DNA of 64,000 bases from Octopus sinensis. Lineage: Eukaryota. The notes beneath the pieces are model-generated. The model had not been told where the DNA came from and ran no database searches. It was given only the letters and a program-made list of their open reading frames with translations. The DNA lies in assembly GCF_006345805.1 (NCBI RefSeq), contig NC_043005.1, positions 46,252,001 to 46,316,000 of the forward strand, given 5' to 3'. Made by a program: the position numbers and the translations under genes. How positions within the stretch are numbered: the stretch's first letter is position 1; every line of letters begins with the position of its first letter. Below, in pieces: positions 63,959 through 64,000 of the stretch.

Positions 63959-64000
63959 GTTCTGAATATATATCCTGCGTCAGTTATCCTTCTTTTGCCT

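Overview
AT-rich eukaryotic DNA saturated with repeats. The SINE families and microsatellite load point to a coleoid cephalopod, most likely Octopus (inferred from repeat style, not verified). I found no intact host gene or convincing exon, and nearly all ORFs in the track are microsatellite or SINE artefacts. Recognisable coding remnants are all from transposons: three mariner (DD34D-type) transposases, a Tigger/pogo N-terminus, a piggyBac N-terminus, a Helitron STPR/Pif1 fusion, an RTE LINE end and an R4/Dong-type CCHC-RLE LINE end. The main unexplained signal is a dense, diverse set of hammerhead ribozyme (HHR) motifs in short non-coding insertions, mostly sitting inside (TA)n/(CA)n microsatellites and often with fold-back (inverted) architecture. 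Key examples are a ~534-bp tandem array with one HHR per unit plus an inverted arm (retrozyme/Penelope-like), a TSD-bounded 352-bp element joining a tRNA-derived Pol III head, a (TAA)n tract and an HHR, a U3-A8 covariant HHR, and a type III-topology candidate. There is also a ~350-bp non-coding block present twice in inverted orientation 17 kb apart that does not look like any transposon here. Ribozyme calls come from reading motifs by eye; no folding or database search was run.
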